Positions 19,398 through 28,887 of a DNA stretch of 64,000 nt are shown in pieces. Each line of letters opens with the position of its first letter. Position 1 is the first letter of the stretch. Source of the stretch: a phage. A program made the translations under genes and the position numbers. The notes under the pieces are model-generated. The model did not search any database, was not told where the DNA came from, and saw only the letters and a program-made list of their open reading frames with translations. The stretch lies in assembly GCA_032986305.1 (NCBI GenBank), contig GCA_032986305.1_3672.1; one strand, 5' to 3'.

Positions 19398-20254
19398 AAG
19401 TTGTAAAACGGGACGGTAGAGAAGAGGTCTATAACGGAATTAAGGTGATCAAGGCGGCAGAGTCCGCCTTACTTGAGTCTGGACATACTGAAGAAGAAGC
19501 TTACCGGATCGCCTGCGCGGTTAATGAAGTTGTTGCTAACAATCTACCAACCGACCAGTGCACGATCTCTGTAAAAAATATCCATATCCTTGTTGAAGAC
19601 GCTCTTATGGATATGGGTTTAAAATGTGCAGCCAGAGAATACATCCAGTATAGGCAGACAAGAGATAATAACAGAGAGGCAGGTGGAAAACTGCTTGCAG
19701 ATATTAGTGGCTTCTTGGATCGCACTTGTGATGAATTTACAAAAGAAAACGCAAATAAGCCTACCAATCATGTACACACTCATCGTGACCTGCTTGCAGG
19801 CATCCTTAGCAAACACCTTGCATCAACACAGATCCTGCCAGACCGTGTCTCAGAAGAGCACAATAAAGGCTTCATCCATGTGCATGATCTTGACTACTTG
19901 ATCAGTCCGTTAACAAACTGTTGTTTGGTAAATTATCCAGATATGTTGGAAAACGGATTCAACATTGGTAACGCCCATGTCAGTAAGCCGAAGTCAATAG
20001 GGGTTGCAACAACAATCCTTAGCCAAATTTCTAGTGCAGTAGCTAGTGCTCAGTATGGGGGTCAGACTATGAGCCATATTGATCATTATCTGGCACAGTA
20101 TGCTGAGGCGACCTATGAGAAGAATCTTAAATTTTGCCAGGAACACTGGTTGCCAGATGCTGAGACTGTTGCAATGCAAATGACAGATAAAGACGTATTT
20201 GACAGCATGCAGACTTTGCTCTATCAAATCAATACGTTAACCTCTGTCAACGGT
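19394..20254 (+). CDS. nrdD: anaerobic ribonucleotide reductase NrdD, exon 1
   Basis: GFIHVHDLDY...TNCCLV...GNAHVSKPKSIGVATT matches recalled T4 NrdD; ends ...NTLTSVNG then in-frame stop. Confidence 0.8.
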
Positions 20255-20511
20255 TAACAAACTGGCCGTTTTAAAACTCTGCTAACCTCAGTATGAGGGG
20301 TCAGCTGATCGCTGGCTAACGGGGAACGCTAAGGCGAAAGCTATGCCAATCCCGTGACTAGCTTCACAAGGAGTGAGGCGGTTGTAACGACTAACCTTTT
20401 GGTGTAGGGATTATGGAAGATTCCGAAACGCAGAGGTCTGATTAAGAATCACACGGTGTGATTTCAGGCAAGAGATAGTCTGGCCTTGTGGAAACATAAG
20501 GGTGGGGACCG
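20255..20511 (+). mobile_element. group I-type intron 1 in nrdD (ORF-less, 257 nt)
   Basis: Interrupts NrdD between SVNG and QTPF; upstream exon ends in U, intron ends in G. Confidence 0.6.
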
Positions 20512-20811
20512 CAAACCCCTTTTATCACATTAAGTTTAGGTCTGGACACCTCAGTATTTGGTAGAATGATTACCAAAAACTACTTGAAAGTCCACAAAAT
20601 GGGTCTTGGTGAAGAATGTATCACACCTGTGTTCCCTAAAGTGCTGTTCTTCCTAGAAGAGGGTGTCAACATGAACCCTGGAGATCCTAACTATGATTTG
20701 AAACGTTTAGCTCTGGAATGCTCTGCAGAGCGGATTTATCCTGACTTTGTTTCTGTTCCACTAAATCGTAAAGTGACAGGCTCGACAGATGGCAAAGTAA
20801 CGAGCATGGGT
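20512..20811 (+). CDS. nrdD: NrdD exon 2
   Basis: QTPFITLSLG...ITPVFPKVLFFLEEGVN...DPNYDLKRLALEC continues the T4 NrdD alignment. Confidence 0.7.
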
Positions 20812-21573
20812 AAACTATAACTGCTCATGTAAAATCTATCTAAACGGGGAAACTCCAGAACGGACAATCCCGTGCTAAACGTAACAGAACTCCTGACCAA
20901 GAGGAGTCCTGAAATGAGAAAACAAATTCGTGATTTTGAAGGTTATGAAATTGACGAGATGGGCAATGTTTATTGCACCCGCTACGAAAATGAAAGAATT
21001 ATTCATTCGTGGGAAGAGATAAACACAGGTTACCGTCTTGTTAGGATACGCAAGAACAAAAAGACTGTTTGCCTAAGGGTTCACAGACTTGTTGCTGAAG
21101 CGTTCTTACCAAATCCAGACAATTTACCCTATGTTAAGCACAAAGGGGACAACAGGAAAGATAACAGTGTATACAACCTTGAGTGGGGAGCTTGCCCAGA
21201 CAATACGCAAGAAGGATACAACAACAACTGTTATGCTTTTTACACAAGATGCCACGGTGTGAAAGCCACCAACAAATTAACTGGTGAGGTTTTCCACTTT
21301 AAAAGTCTGAGATGTTGTGCTGATGTTTTAGGAGTGGATAGAAAAAGAATATCTGCTATCCTGAAACGTGGTGCGCCTAATAACTATGATTACGAGTTCT
21401 GTTACGAAATGCCTAACGACTAACCGTGATGAATGTAGCGGTGTAGGGTGTAAGCCGATGACACTCGAAATGGTAGACACACTAAGTGTGAAGATATAGT
21501 CTGATCTGCATGGGAACATGCAGCAGCACGTAAAGGTGCGGGGGTGGACTTGCGAACCACCCTGAACATAATG
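20812..21573 (+). mobile_element. group I-type intron 2 in nrdD carrying HNH endonuclease ORF (762 nt)
   Basis: Exon 2 ends ...TSMG (last nt U); exon 3 resumes CRSFLS; intron ends in G. Confidence 0.6.
20914..21423 (+). CDS. HNH homing endonuclease (intron-encoded)
   Basis: RBS AGGAG 7 nt before ATG; VHRLVAEAFLPNP...HKGDNRKDNSVYNLEW typical of phage HNH endonucleases. Confidence 0.7.
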   Translation: MRKQIRDFEGYEIDEMGNVYCTRYENERIIHSWEEINTGYRLVRIRKNKKTVCLRVHRLVAEAFLPNPDNLPYVKHKGDNRKDNSVYNLEWGACPDNTQEGYNNNCYAFYTRCHGVKATNKLTGEVFHFKSLRCCADVLGVDRKRISAILKRGAPNNYDYEFCYEMPND

Positions 21574-22536
21574 TGTAGAAGTTTCTTATCGAAATATAGC
21601 GACCCTGTAACAGGCGAGGAGAAATACCTTGGCAGATTTAACTTAGGCGTTGTTAGCCTTAACCTGCCAATGATTGCGGCAAAAGCCAAGACGGAAGGTG
21701 TTGATTTCTTTGCAGTTCTTGACGAATACTTGGATCTTGCATACGAGGCTCACCTTGTAAGGGTTAATCGTCTAAAAGGAACAAAGGCAGGGCAGAACCC
21801 CATCATGTGGTGTGAAGGCGCTCTTGCTCGCCTGGATCCTGAAGAGAGTGTTGATAAACTCTTCTATGACGGGTACGCTTCCATCAGTATTGGGTATATT
21901 GGTGTGTATGAAACCTGTCAGATTTTGGGTAGAGAGGGTGACAAGGCTTTAGCTCTTGGAATCCTTCAGCACATGAGAGATGCTTGTGAGCGATACAAGA
22001 AGGAAAGTAGACTAGCGTTTAGCTTGTACGGCACTCCTTCTGAGAGTCTATGCTATAAAGCTGCAACCTGTCTGGATCGTGAATATCCGGAAGTGTTGAA
22101 GCACGAGCATGAATATCTCACCAACAGTTTCCATCAGCCAGTATGGATAAATAGCTCTCCTTTTGATAAGTGGGAGTATGAGGAAGGTTTTGCTATGATC
22201 TCCTCTGGTGGCAACATCGGATACGTAGAAACACCTAACCTGAAAAACAACCTGGATGCTTTAGAGGCTCTTGTTGACTTCGGGTATAAACATATTATGT
22301 ACTTCGGTATAAACCAGCCTGTTGACCAATGCTTCAAGTGCGGTTTCCAGGGAGAATTTAAAGCCTCTCCAAGAGGTTTTATATGCCCTTGTTGTGGAAA
22401 CCATGAGGAGGGAACGATCAGTGTAATTAGACGTGTGTCTGGATACCTTTCCAGTCCTAACTCCCGTCCTTACAATAAAGGTAAGCAAGCGGAAGTTATA
22501 GAACGGGTTAAGCACTATGGAAGTTGTAGTTGCTGA
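21574..22536 (+). CDS. nrdD: NrdD exon 3 (glycyl-radical domain)
   Basis: C-terminal Zn site CPCCG and glycyl radical motif RRVSGYL. Confidence 0.8.
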   Translation, partial: CRSFLSKYSDPVTGEEKYLGRFNLGVVSLNLPMIAAKAKTEGVDFFAVLDEYLDLAYEAHLVRVNRLKGTKAGQNPIMWCEGALARLDPEESVDKLFYDGYASISIGYIGVYETCQILGREGDKALALGILQHMRDACERYKKESRLAFSLYGTPSESLCYKAATCLDREYPEVLKHEHEYLTNSFHQPVWINSSPFDKWEYEEGFAMISSGGNIGYVETPNLKNNLDALEALVDFGYKHIMYFGINQPVDQCFKCGFQGEFKASPRGFICPCCGNHEEGTISVIRRVSGYLSSPNSRPYNKGKQAEVIERVKHYGSCSC

Positions 22537-22602
22537 TACTTGACAGAAGCCACAAGGATGTGGCATACTTGGCTAATCTATGAGAACCAAGAGGGATCAA
22601 AG

Positions 22603-23559
22603 ATGCCTAGAGGAAAACAACTTACAACTGAAGAATTTACAAAAAGAGCTAGAGAAGTACATGGCGATAAATATGACTATTCAAAAACCGTATATAAAAC
22701 TGCTAAAAGTAAGGTTGTAATTGTATGCCCTGTTCATGGTGAGTTTACGCAGATCGCTGGACATCATATCCTTGACGGTAGTGGGTGTCCTAAGTGTGGT
22801 AGAGTGCCAGTAGGCAATAAGCTTAGAAACGATTCTAGTGATATTATCAAAAAATTTGTAAAAATCCACGGTGACACCTATGATTATTCTAAGGTTGAAT
22901 ATGTTAACTATAAAACTCCTGTAAAAATTGTATGCCCTGAGCACGGAGTGTTCTTGCAATCCCCATCTAACCATTTGAAAGGCCAAGGGTGCCCTGAGTG
23001 TAGTAAACTCATTAGCGCAGCAAAAAGGAATAAAGGCCCTGAATTCATAGAAAGAGCCAAAGAAATCCATGGCGATAAATATGACTACTCTTTTGTAGAT
23101 TATATGACTTGCGAAGATAAGGTAGAGATAATCTGCAACACTTGTGGAAATCACTTCACCCAGACACCTTCTTGCCACCTGTCTGGTCGTGGATGCCCTA
23201 AATGTGCCAAAAACGGTTTCTTATCTCACAACTATGGGAAGCTTTACCTCATGGTTGATAACTTAGAAGCGCCAACACTTATGAAGATTGGTGTGAGCGT
23301 CAATGTAGAAGCGAGGAAGGGAAGGATATTAAGAGCATCCAAGAAGGCTGGTGCAGGTATTTATGATCTCCACATAGTAAAAACATGGGGCGGATCGACT
23401 GAAAACATGCTGAGTGTAGAAAAATCTGTGCATGAAGCCTTCAATAAGTATAAAATAAACTTCTCTAAAGTATTTAGTGGAAGCACTGAATTCTTTCACT
23501 ACAGACCTGAAGTGTTTAGCATAGTGGAAGCAGTATACAAAGAGATCTGTGGTAAATGA
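22603..23559 (+). CDS. T5orf172/GIY-YIG-like protein with three tandem Zn-binding modules (free-standing homing endonuclease candidate)
   Basis: Three repeats of HGDxYDYS...C..HG.F.Q....HL.G.GCP.C, then KLYLMVDN...KIGVS...R core. Confidence 0.55.
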   Translation: MPRGKQLTTEEFTKRAREVHGDKYDYSKTVYKTAKSKVVIVCPVHGEFTQIAGHHILDGSGCPKCGRVPVGNKLRNDSSDIIKKFVKIHGDTYDYSKVEYVNYKTPVKIVCPEHGVFLQSPSNHLKGQGCPECSKLISAAKRNKGPEFIERAKEIHGDKYDYSFVDYMTCEDKVEIICNTCGNHFTQTPSCHLSGRGCPKCAKNGFLSHNYGKLYLMVDNLEAPTLMKIGVSVNVEARKGRILRASKKAGAGIYDLHIVKTWGGSTENMLSVEKSVHEAFNKYKINFSKVFSGSTEFFHYRPEVFSIVEAVYKEICGK

Positions 23560-23611
23560 TCGTAGAAAGATACACATGTCTTAAATATGCTATTAACTAA
23601 GGAGGTGCAGT

Positions 23612-23728
23612 ATGTCATCGGGTATCTATAAAATCTGCAAGTGCGGTTGTCATTGTAATCTTCGTTGGTGCAAGGCACTGGACGATTTTATTTGGCATTG
23701 CCCTAAATGTGATGCGGAGTATCTATGA
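23612..23728 (+). CDS. small Cys-rich protein (zinc-ribbon-like)
   Basis: 38 aa with RBS AAGGAGGT; CKCGCHC...CPKC; ATGA overlap with nrdG. Confidence 0.3.
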   Translation: MSSGIYKICKCGCHCNLRWCKALDDFIWHCPKCDAEYL

Positions 23729-24198
23729 ATATTGCCGGATACACAGAAATATCTTACACCGAAGGGCCAGGTATTAGAACTGCCTTATGGGTATCTGGGT
23801 GCCCACACGCTTGCCCTGGTTGCTTTAATCAGGCATTTTGGTCAAAAGATAAGGGGAGAGAGTTTACTGAAGAAGACTTGCAAAAAATCTTGTCAGATTT
23901 AGATAACCCGTCTGTGTGCGGTATCTCTCTGCTGGGTGGAGAACCCTTAGCATACTATAATGAGCCAGATATTATTAGCCTGATGGAGAAAATTAAGGAA
24001 AAATTTGGTGACAAGAAAACTATTCTTGTATATACTGGGTTCACATTTGACCATATCTCTAGTGATGTTCTTAAACTGGCTGATATCATCATTGACGGTA
24101 AGTATGTAAAAGATTTACCAACCAAGAAACCGTTCCGAGGTAGTGATAACCAAAGAATGTTTAAAAAAGTATCAGGCGGTTGGGTTCAGGTAGACTAG
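23725..24198 (+). CDS. nrdG: anaerobic RNR activating protein (radical SAM)
   Basis: CPHACPGC cluster; directly downstream of nrdD. Confidence 0.75.
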   Translation: MNIAGYTEISYTEGPGIRTALWVSGCPHACPGCFNQAFWSKDKGREFTEEDLQKILSDLDNPSVCGISLLGGEPLAYYNEPDIISLMEKIKEKFGDKKTILVYTGFTFDHISSDVLKLADIIIDGKYVKDLPTKKPFRGSDNQRMFKKVSGGWVQVD

Positions 24199-24201
24199 TT
24201 G

Positions 24202-24231
24202 TTGACAAAGCTTTGTTAAGTTGGTTATAAT
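24202..24231 (+). promoter_or_regulatory. sigma70-like promoter
   Basis: TTGACA - 17/18 nt - TATAAT. Confidence 0.45.
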
Positions 24232-24260
24232 TGTCGTAATGAAAGCAGAGGAGGTGCCAA

Positions 24261-24374
24261 ATGGCTAAAAAAGCCTTGAAGAAGGCGTACAAGAAAGAGA
24301 TTGCGCTTGAGCTTAAGAAAAAACACAAGCGTGAAAAGAAACATCATGAGGATGAAGAGGGGGTGCAACAGTGA
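24261..24374 (+). CDS. small Lys-rich protein
   Basis: 37 aa with RBS GAGGAGG. Confidence 0.3.
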   Translation: MAKKALKKAYKKEIALELKKKHKREKKHHEDEEGVQQ

Positions 24375-24721
24375 CACAAGAACGTATCGATTTGGCTAAT
24401 AAGTTTGTAGATCTCATTTTGCCACGGTTAGTTACTCAACATGCAGACGCTATTTCTACTAATCTTGATGGCTTACGCCTAATGCTGAATCGCACAGATG
24501 ACCCTCGTATTCGGGCTGATTTAGAAGCCTCTGCCAACAAACTGGAAAAGTTCTTGCAAGTAGATACGCAAGAGGCCTTACACAAGATTATGGTGGAAGG
24601 TTTCTCTAAAGAATTTACCATTAAAGAGCTTAAGGAGCTGATCCACCAAGAAGAGATGAATATCCGAGTTCAGGCTGTTGCAAGCAGCATGGAAGCGGCT
24701 ATTGAAAAACTGTTGCAGTAA
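24371..24721 (+). CDS. hypothetical protein
   Basis: 116 aa, GTG start overlapping upstream stop. Confidence 0.4.
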   Translation: MTQERIDLANKFVDLILPRLVTQHADAISTNLDGLRLMLNRTDDPRIRADLEASANKLEKFLQVDTQEALHKIMVEGFSKEFTIKELKELIHQEEMNIRVQAVASSMEAAIEKLLQ

Positions 24722-24759
24722 AAGTGCTTGGTACATCTCAATCTGAAAGGAGTCCCAAC

Positions 24760-25548
24760 ATGGGTCGAGCTAAAGAAACAAAACGCATGCGTGATGAAGC
24801 TAGAGAGGCTCGCAAATCTGATCGCCTGCGTAAGGCTGCTGAGAAATTTGCTGACGAACGAGAGCACACCGCTCCAGCTCTCCGACCAATGAATAAGAAG
24901 CAGCAAAAGTATCTTGATTATCTAGGGTCACGTAAGATTATTATTGTAAACGGTGTGTTTGGATCCGGTAAGACATTCATGGCATCTGCATATGCAGGTG
25001 ATCTTCTGCGTAAGAACGAGATTGATAAGATCATTGTTGCACGTCCTTATGTACAGACCGGAAAATCAAGCGGATACAAACCGGGAACGTCAATGCAGAA
25101 GCTTTGGCCTTACCTTCGTAGTATGATGGACACTATTTGTCGTCGTGTTGGCAAAGGTGCTTTTGCCGCAATGCTAGGAGACGGTCAGAACAGCCGTATC
25201 GAGATTTGTGAAGTTGAAAGCATTCGTGGTCGTAGTTTCGATGAGCGATGCTTTGTCCTGATTGACGAGGCACAGCAAACTAACCCTGAAGAAATGTTGT
25301 CAATTATCACAAGGATCTCTGATCAGGCAACCCTTGTAATTATGGGCGATAATAGCCAACGTGACATCCCTGGTAAATCTGGCCTTGCATGGGTGACGGA
25401 TTTCTTTACTCGTCATCCAGATCCTGAGGTTGGAATGATCAGCTTTGATAGTCCAGACGATGTCGTTCGTTCCGGGTTGGGTCGTCAGATTGCACTCAAT
25501 CTTATTGAGGATCGTGCAAATCATATTTGGACCCCTGTTTCCGAGTAA
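24760..25548 (+). CDS. phoH: PhoH-like ATPase
   Basis: GVFGSGKT Walker A, LIDEAQ Walker B; start set at ATG after RBS AAAGGAG. Confidence 0.85.
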   Translation: MGRAKETKRMRDEAREARKSDRLRKAAEKFADEREHTAPALRPMNKKQQKYLDYLGSRKIIIVNGVFGSGKTFMASAYAGDLLRKNEIDKIIVARPYVQTGKSSGYKPGTSMQKLWPYLRSMMDTICRRVGKGAFAAMLGDGQNSRIEICEVESIRGRSFDERCFVLIDEAQQTNPEEMLSIITRISDQATLVIMGDNSQRDIPGKSGLAWVTDFFTRHPDPEVGMISFDSPDDVVRSGLGRQIALNLIEDRANHIWTPVSE

Positions 25549-25592
25549 TACAGAAGGGTGGTTATTCCACCCTTAAATATCTAAAACAGTTG

Positions 25593-25621
25593 TTGACAAA
25601 TAGGCAAGCTTTAGATATTAT
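25593..25621 (+). promoter_or_regulatory. sigma70-like promoter
   Basis: TTGACA - 17 nt - TATTAT. Confidence 0.4.
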
Positions 25622-25649
25622 TATCGGACAAAACAAGGAGGAGGACAGT

Positions 25650-25961
25650 ATGGCTACAATACAAGAGAAACTGAATAAAATATACTGCCTGTTTGTCTAT
25701 AACGGCGAGACAATTTTGGCAAATAAAGGATCCAAGAATGTGTGGATCAAGGACAGTGGTGGTAATATAATCAACTTAGCGTTGCTACGTGAGCGCCGAC
25801 ACAGATTCTTTATCGAGTCTCGGATTATTGAAAGCAGCACCTGCTACAGAACAGGCGATAAAGTAATTGTTGACAATGATACGTGGTATGTGGTAGACTG
25901 GCAATCATTGAGTTGTGATGCTTCTGACAATCGTAAGTATTCCATAGTGATTGCTAAATAA
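25650..25961 (+). CDS. hypothetical protein
   Basis: ATG after RBS AAGGAGGAGG. Confidence 0.45.
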   Translation: MATIQEKLNKIYCLFVYNGETILANKGSKNVWIKDSGGNIINLALLRERRHRFFIESRIIESSTCYRTGDKVIVDNDTWYVVDWQSLSCDASDNRKYSIVIAK

Positions 25962-26021
25962 AGGTAAATGTGAATCAGGTTTAAATAAATAGCTTTCAAC
26001 TTCCAATATTAAGGATTTCTC

Positions 26022-27071
26022 ATGAATTTAACACCTCGCAGCACCATGGTACACGGCATGAAAGAAAAACAGAACGGTTTCGAACCTATGAGTAATAAAA
26101 TGTTTGGTATGCCGGGCGGTATCATGGAAACATACAGCTACCCAACACCTGTTGTTGACCACGTTCTTTATATCGACGATTTGGAAGACCTACAGGATCA
26201 TATGTCTCGTCTGCAGACGATCCGTATGGCTCAGCCGGAAGAAAGCATTCGGGTAATCATCAATAGCCCTGGGGGTTGCGTGCACATTGCAATGGCTTAT
26301 CTGCAGGCATTCCGCGAGTCTCAGGCAAGCGTTGTTGCACATGCTGAAGGGATGTGCTGCTCTGCTGGAACAATCCTATGGCTGGGTTGCAAAGAACGCA
26401 CCGTGGCTCCGGACACAGAGTTTATGTTCCACTACTATCAAGGCGGCACTTATGGTAACGGTGTGAACATGAATACTCAGGTCAGCTACTGGAAAAAACG
26501 TTTCGAACGCCTGATCGAAAAATACTACGGTGGGGTGCTTACAGAAGATGAGATCGCATCCATCACAGCTGGTGGCGAAGTGTGGTTGGACGGAGAAGAG
26601 CTGGCAGCACGCACTGGAGCTATTATTCTGGATGAAGGCAACATACAACGCATCCAGAACGGACAAAAACCGAAAAAGCTTCTGGCAAAAGGTGATGAAG
26701 AAGGCGTGTTAGGTGAAGCAGGTCTTCCGGAGATTCACCAGTGCACATCTTTAGATGAGTTAGTTCATGCTGTTGAATCTGCAAAAGCGGGTGGTTCGAA
26801 AGGTGATGTTCACACTGTGTTCCTGAATCTGCAGATGGAGAGTGGCGAGACCGTCAGAATTGCCCTGGGTGAGATTACTTCAGAAGATCTGCAGAGATTC
26901 TCTGTCGTTGAACTTCAGGATATTCTGTCTCAATTGAAGACTACTCTGAACGGCGGTGAAGAGGTTAAGGTGAAAGATAAGACTCGCAAGCGTCTGGTGG
27001 ACAATATTATTAAAACAGCAAAAGAGCTCAATGAAAAAATCCTGGGTGCAGGAATTGTCGAAGAAGCTTAA
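26022..27071 (+). CDS. ClpP-like serine peptidase with C-terminal extension
   Basis: INSPGG, GMCCSAGT (Ser), MFHYYQ (His) in ClpP order; about 150 aa extra acidic tail. Confidence 0.6.
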   Translation: MNLTPRSTMVHGMKEKQNGFEPMSNKMFGMPGGIMETYSYPTPVVDHVLYIDDLEDLQDHMSRLQTIRMAQPEESIRVIINSPGGCVHIAMAYLQAFRESQASVVAHAEGMCCSAGTILWLGCKERTVAPDTEFMFHYYQGGTYGNGVNMNTQVSYWKKRFERLIEKYYGGVLTEDEIASITAGGEVWLDGEELAARTGAIILDEGNIQRIQNGQKPKKLLAKGDEEGVLGEAGLPEIHQCTSLDELVHAVESAKAGGSKGDVHTVFLNLQMESGETVRIALGEITSEDLQRFSVVELQDILSQLKTTLNGGEEVKVKDKTRKRLVDNIIKTAKELNEKILGAGIVEEA

Positions 27072-27083
27072 ACATTAATTCTA

Positions 27084-27108
27084 AAGCCCTCTTCGGAGGG
27101 CTTTTATG
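27084..27108 (+). terminator. intrinsic terminator
   Basis: AAGCCCTC-ttcg-GAGGGCTT then TTAT. Confidence 0.5.
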
Positions 27109-27122
27109 ATCTGGAGATTTGC

Positions 27123-27656
27123 ATGACTTGTGCTAGAAAACCTGATGAACAACGTAACGCCTACGATGAGTATGTGACACCGGAGTGGTGTGCAGAAGGG
27201 CTGTATGACCTTATTCCGTTCCCAGAAGACTGGACCTACTTAGAGCCTTGCAGGAATAGTGCCTCAGGTGTGTTCTACTCCCGTATGCCGTTAGGATCTG
27301 CATGGGGAGAAATCCAAGAAGGTGTTGACTATCTGAATACAGAATACAACCATGTTGACTGTATTATCACCAACCCACCATACAGCCTGGCTCGTGAGTT
27401 TGTAGACAAGGCGTTGAAAGATGCTGACGTAGTTATTATGCTTTTGCGTCTTAATTTTCTGGAAAGCAAAACCAGATTCGAATGGTGGCTTGATAATGCA
27501 CCTACCACTGTGATCACAATATCTAAGCGCCCGTCATTCCAATCCAATGGTAGAACGGATGGGCAGGCATATGCATATTTTGTATGGGACAAGAAAAACC
27601 GTCTAGACTTGCCGCCATTTATGTGGTTGGCACCACCAGAGGCAGACTTGAAATGA
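27123..27656 (+). CDS. DNA N6-adenine methyltransferase, small phage Dam-like (putative)
   Basis: YVTPEW and IITNPPYS motifs. Confidence 0.55.
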   Translation: MTCARKPDEQRNAYDEYVTPEWCAEGLYDLIPFPEDWTYLEPCRNSASGVFYSRMPLGSAWGEIQEGVDYLNTEYNHVDCIITNPPYSLAREFVDKALKDADVVIMLLRLNFLESKTRFEWWLDNAPTTVITISKRPSFQSNGRTDGQAYAYFVWDKKNRLDLPPFMWLAPPEADLK

Positions 27657-27937
27657 AAATGAGTGCTAAGGACAAGTTGCACCAGTTAGCGCTAAAACGT
27701 CCTGTAACGCTCCCTGACGAGCTTAACTCCATTTATGATGCGATTGTAGGGGAGATACAAAATAAAGCGTTAGCAGGCTTTCTGGGATGCGGATTTTCGA
27801 TAAATCTACCCTCACATCTCTCAGATTACTTCCCACACATTGTTGGGGATTTGAGGGCAGGAGGTCTGCAGGTGGATGTTGTTGGCATCTCTCCGGAGAA
27901 AAATAACACAGTTGCCTACTTGACAGTGACCTGGTAG
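27653..27937 (+). CDS. hypothetical protein
   Basis: ATGA overlap with MTase stop. Confidence 0.4.
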   Translation: MKMSAKDKLHQLALKRPVTLPDELNSIYDAIVGEIQNKALAGFLGCGFSINLPSHLSDYFPHIVGDLRAGGLQVDVVGISPEKNNTVAYLTVTW

Positions 27938-27974
27938 TAGTGTATTTTGTTTTCAACAAGAGGGGGGGTCATCC

Positions 27975-28214
27975 ATGTATAAGTCATTTTCAATTTACTC
28001 AAGACAGGCAAAACACTACACAGAGATTCTGATCACTCAGAAAAAATCTGTAGAAGGTGAGTGGGAATATCATCATAAAATGTTGCGTCCAGACTGGGTT
28101 TTTGATAGACTTATTGCTATGATCCCTCTTGGAGAAGTATACCCTATGACAGGCCATAGGGATGCTTGGGATTTAATTGACTATATAGATTCATTTAAGG
28201 AGCCCAGTGTATGA
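27975..28214 (+). CDS. hypothetical protein
   Basis: 79 aa ORF. Confidence 0.4.
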   Translation: MYKSFSIYSRQAKHYTEILITQKKSVEGEWEYHHKMLRPDWVFDRLIAMIPLGEVYPMTGHRDAWDLIDYIDSFKEPSV

Positions 28215-28609
28215 AGATTGAGATCACTAAAGAAGGTAAGAAAGTGTCTGGAGACTATGCAACAGTAATTCGAGATTTAATGTTTGAAACCACCAAGTTC
28301 GGCACATCTAAAGTTGGTCAAACTGTTAGTGTGCAAGGTAATATCGTCTCAGGAGAGAAGATAATCATCGTAATAAAAGGCCAGGACCCTGTAGAAGGGA
28401 CAGTGGGCCGAGGAGGCTACCTGTGTATCTCTGAAGAGCCTCGTATGCTAGTTGCTGATAACTCTACAGGTAAAAAGCGGGTATGTAACACGGACGAGGT
28501 GATGATTATCTATCCAGTCAACCCAGATGATCCGGCAACATGGATTGTGGGAAATGAAATCTTCTCTTTAGAAGAGTTATCCTTCCCAGCTCCGCGCTCT
28601 GTTCAGTAA
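28211..28609 (+). CDS. hypothetical protein (MKIEIT-type small paralog family)
   Basis: 132 aa, begins MKIEITKEG. Confidence 0.45.
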   Translation: MKIEITKEGKKVSGDYATVIRDLMFETTKFGTSKVGQTVSVQGNIVSGEKIIIVIKGQDPVEGTVGRGGYLCISEEPRMLVADNSTGKKRVCNTDEVMIIYPVNPDDPATWIVGNEIFSLEELSFPAPRSVQ

Positions 28610-28648
28610 TAATTTATCTTACCAGGGACGGTAGAAGTAGGAGGTAGC

Positions 28649-28882
28649 ATGAAAGTTAAATTTCTTACAGATTTAGGGTACCCTTCCTTGGTTGACTGCA
28701 TTGGTAAAATTGTGGAAGCAAAACGGCTATCTGCAAACGATAATGTTGTCATGGTTAAGGGAAAAGATTTATTAGCTGCAGGTGCAGAGTCTGGCAGGAT
28801 CTCTCCTGACTATACATATTACCTATCTTTAAGTAATCTACCAGAACGAGGTGGCAAAGGCCTTGAAGTTGTGGAGGAGTGA
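28649..28882 (+). CDS. hypothetical protein (small paralog family)
   Basis: MKVKFLTDLGYPS...LLAAGAESG shares motifs with ORFs at 32323 and 32537. Confidence 0.45.
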   Translation: MKVKFLTDLGYPSLVDCIGKIVEAKRLSANDNVVMVKGKDLLAAGAESGRISPDYTYYLSLSNLPERGGKGLEVVEE

Positions 28883-28887
28883 CAGGT

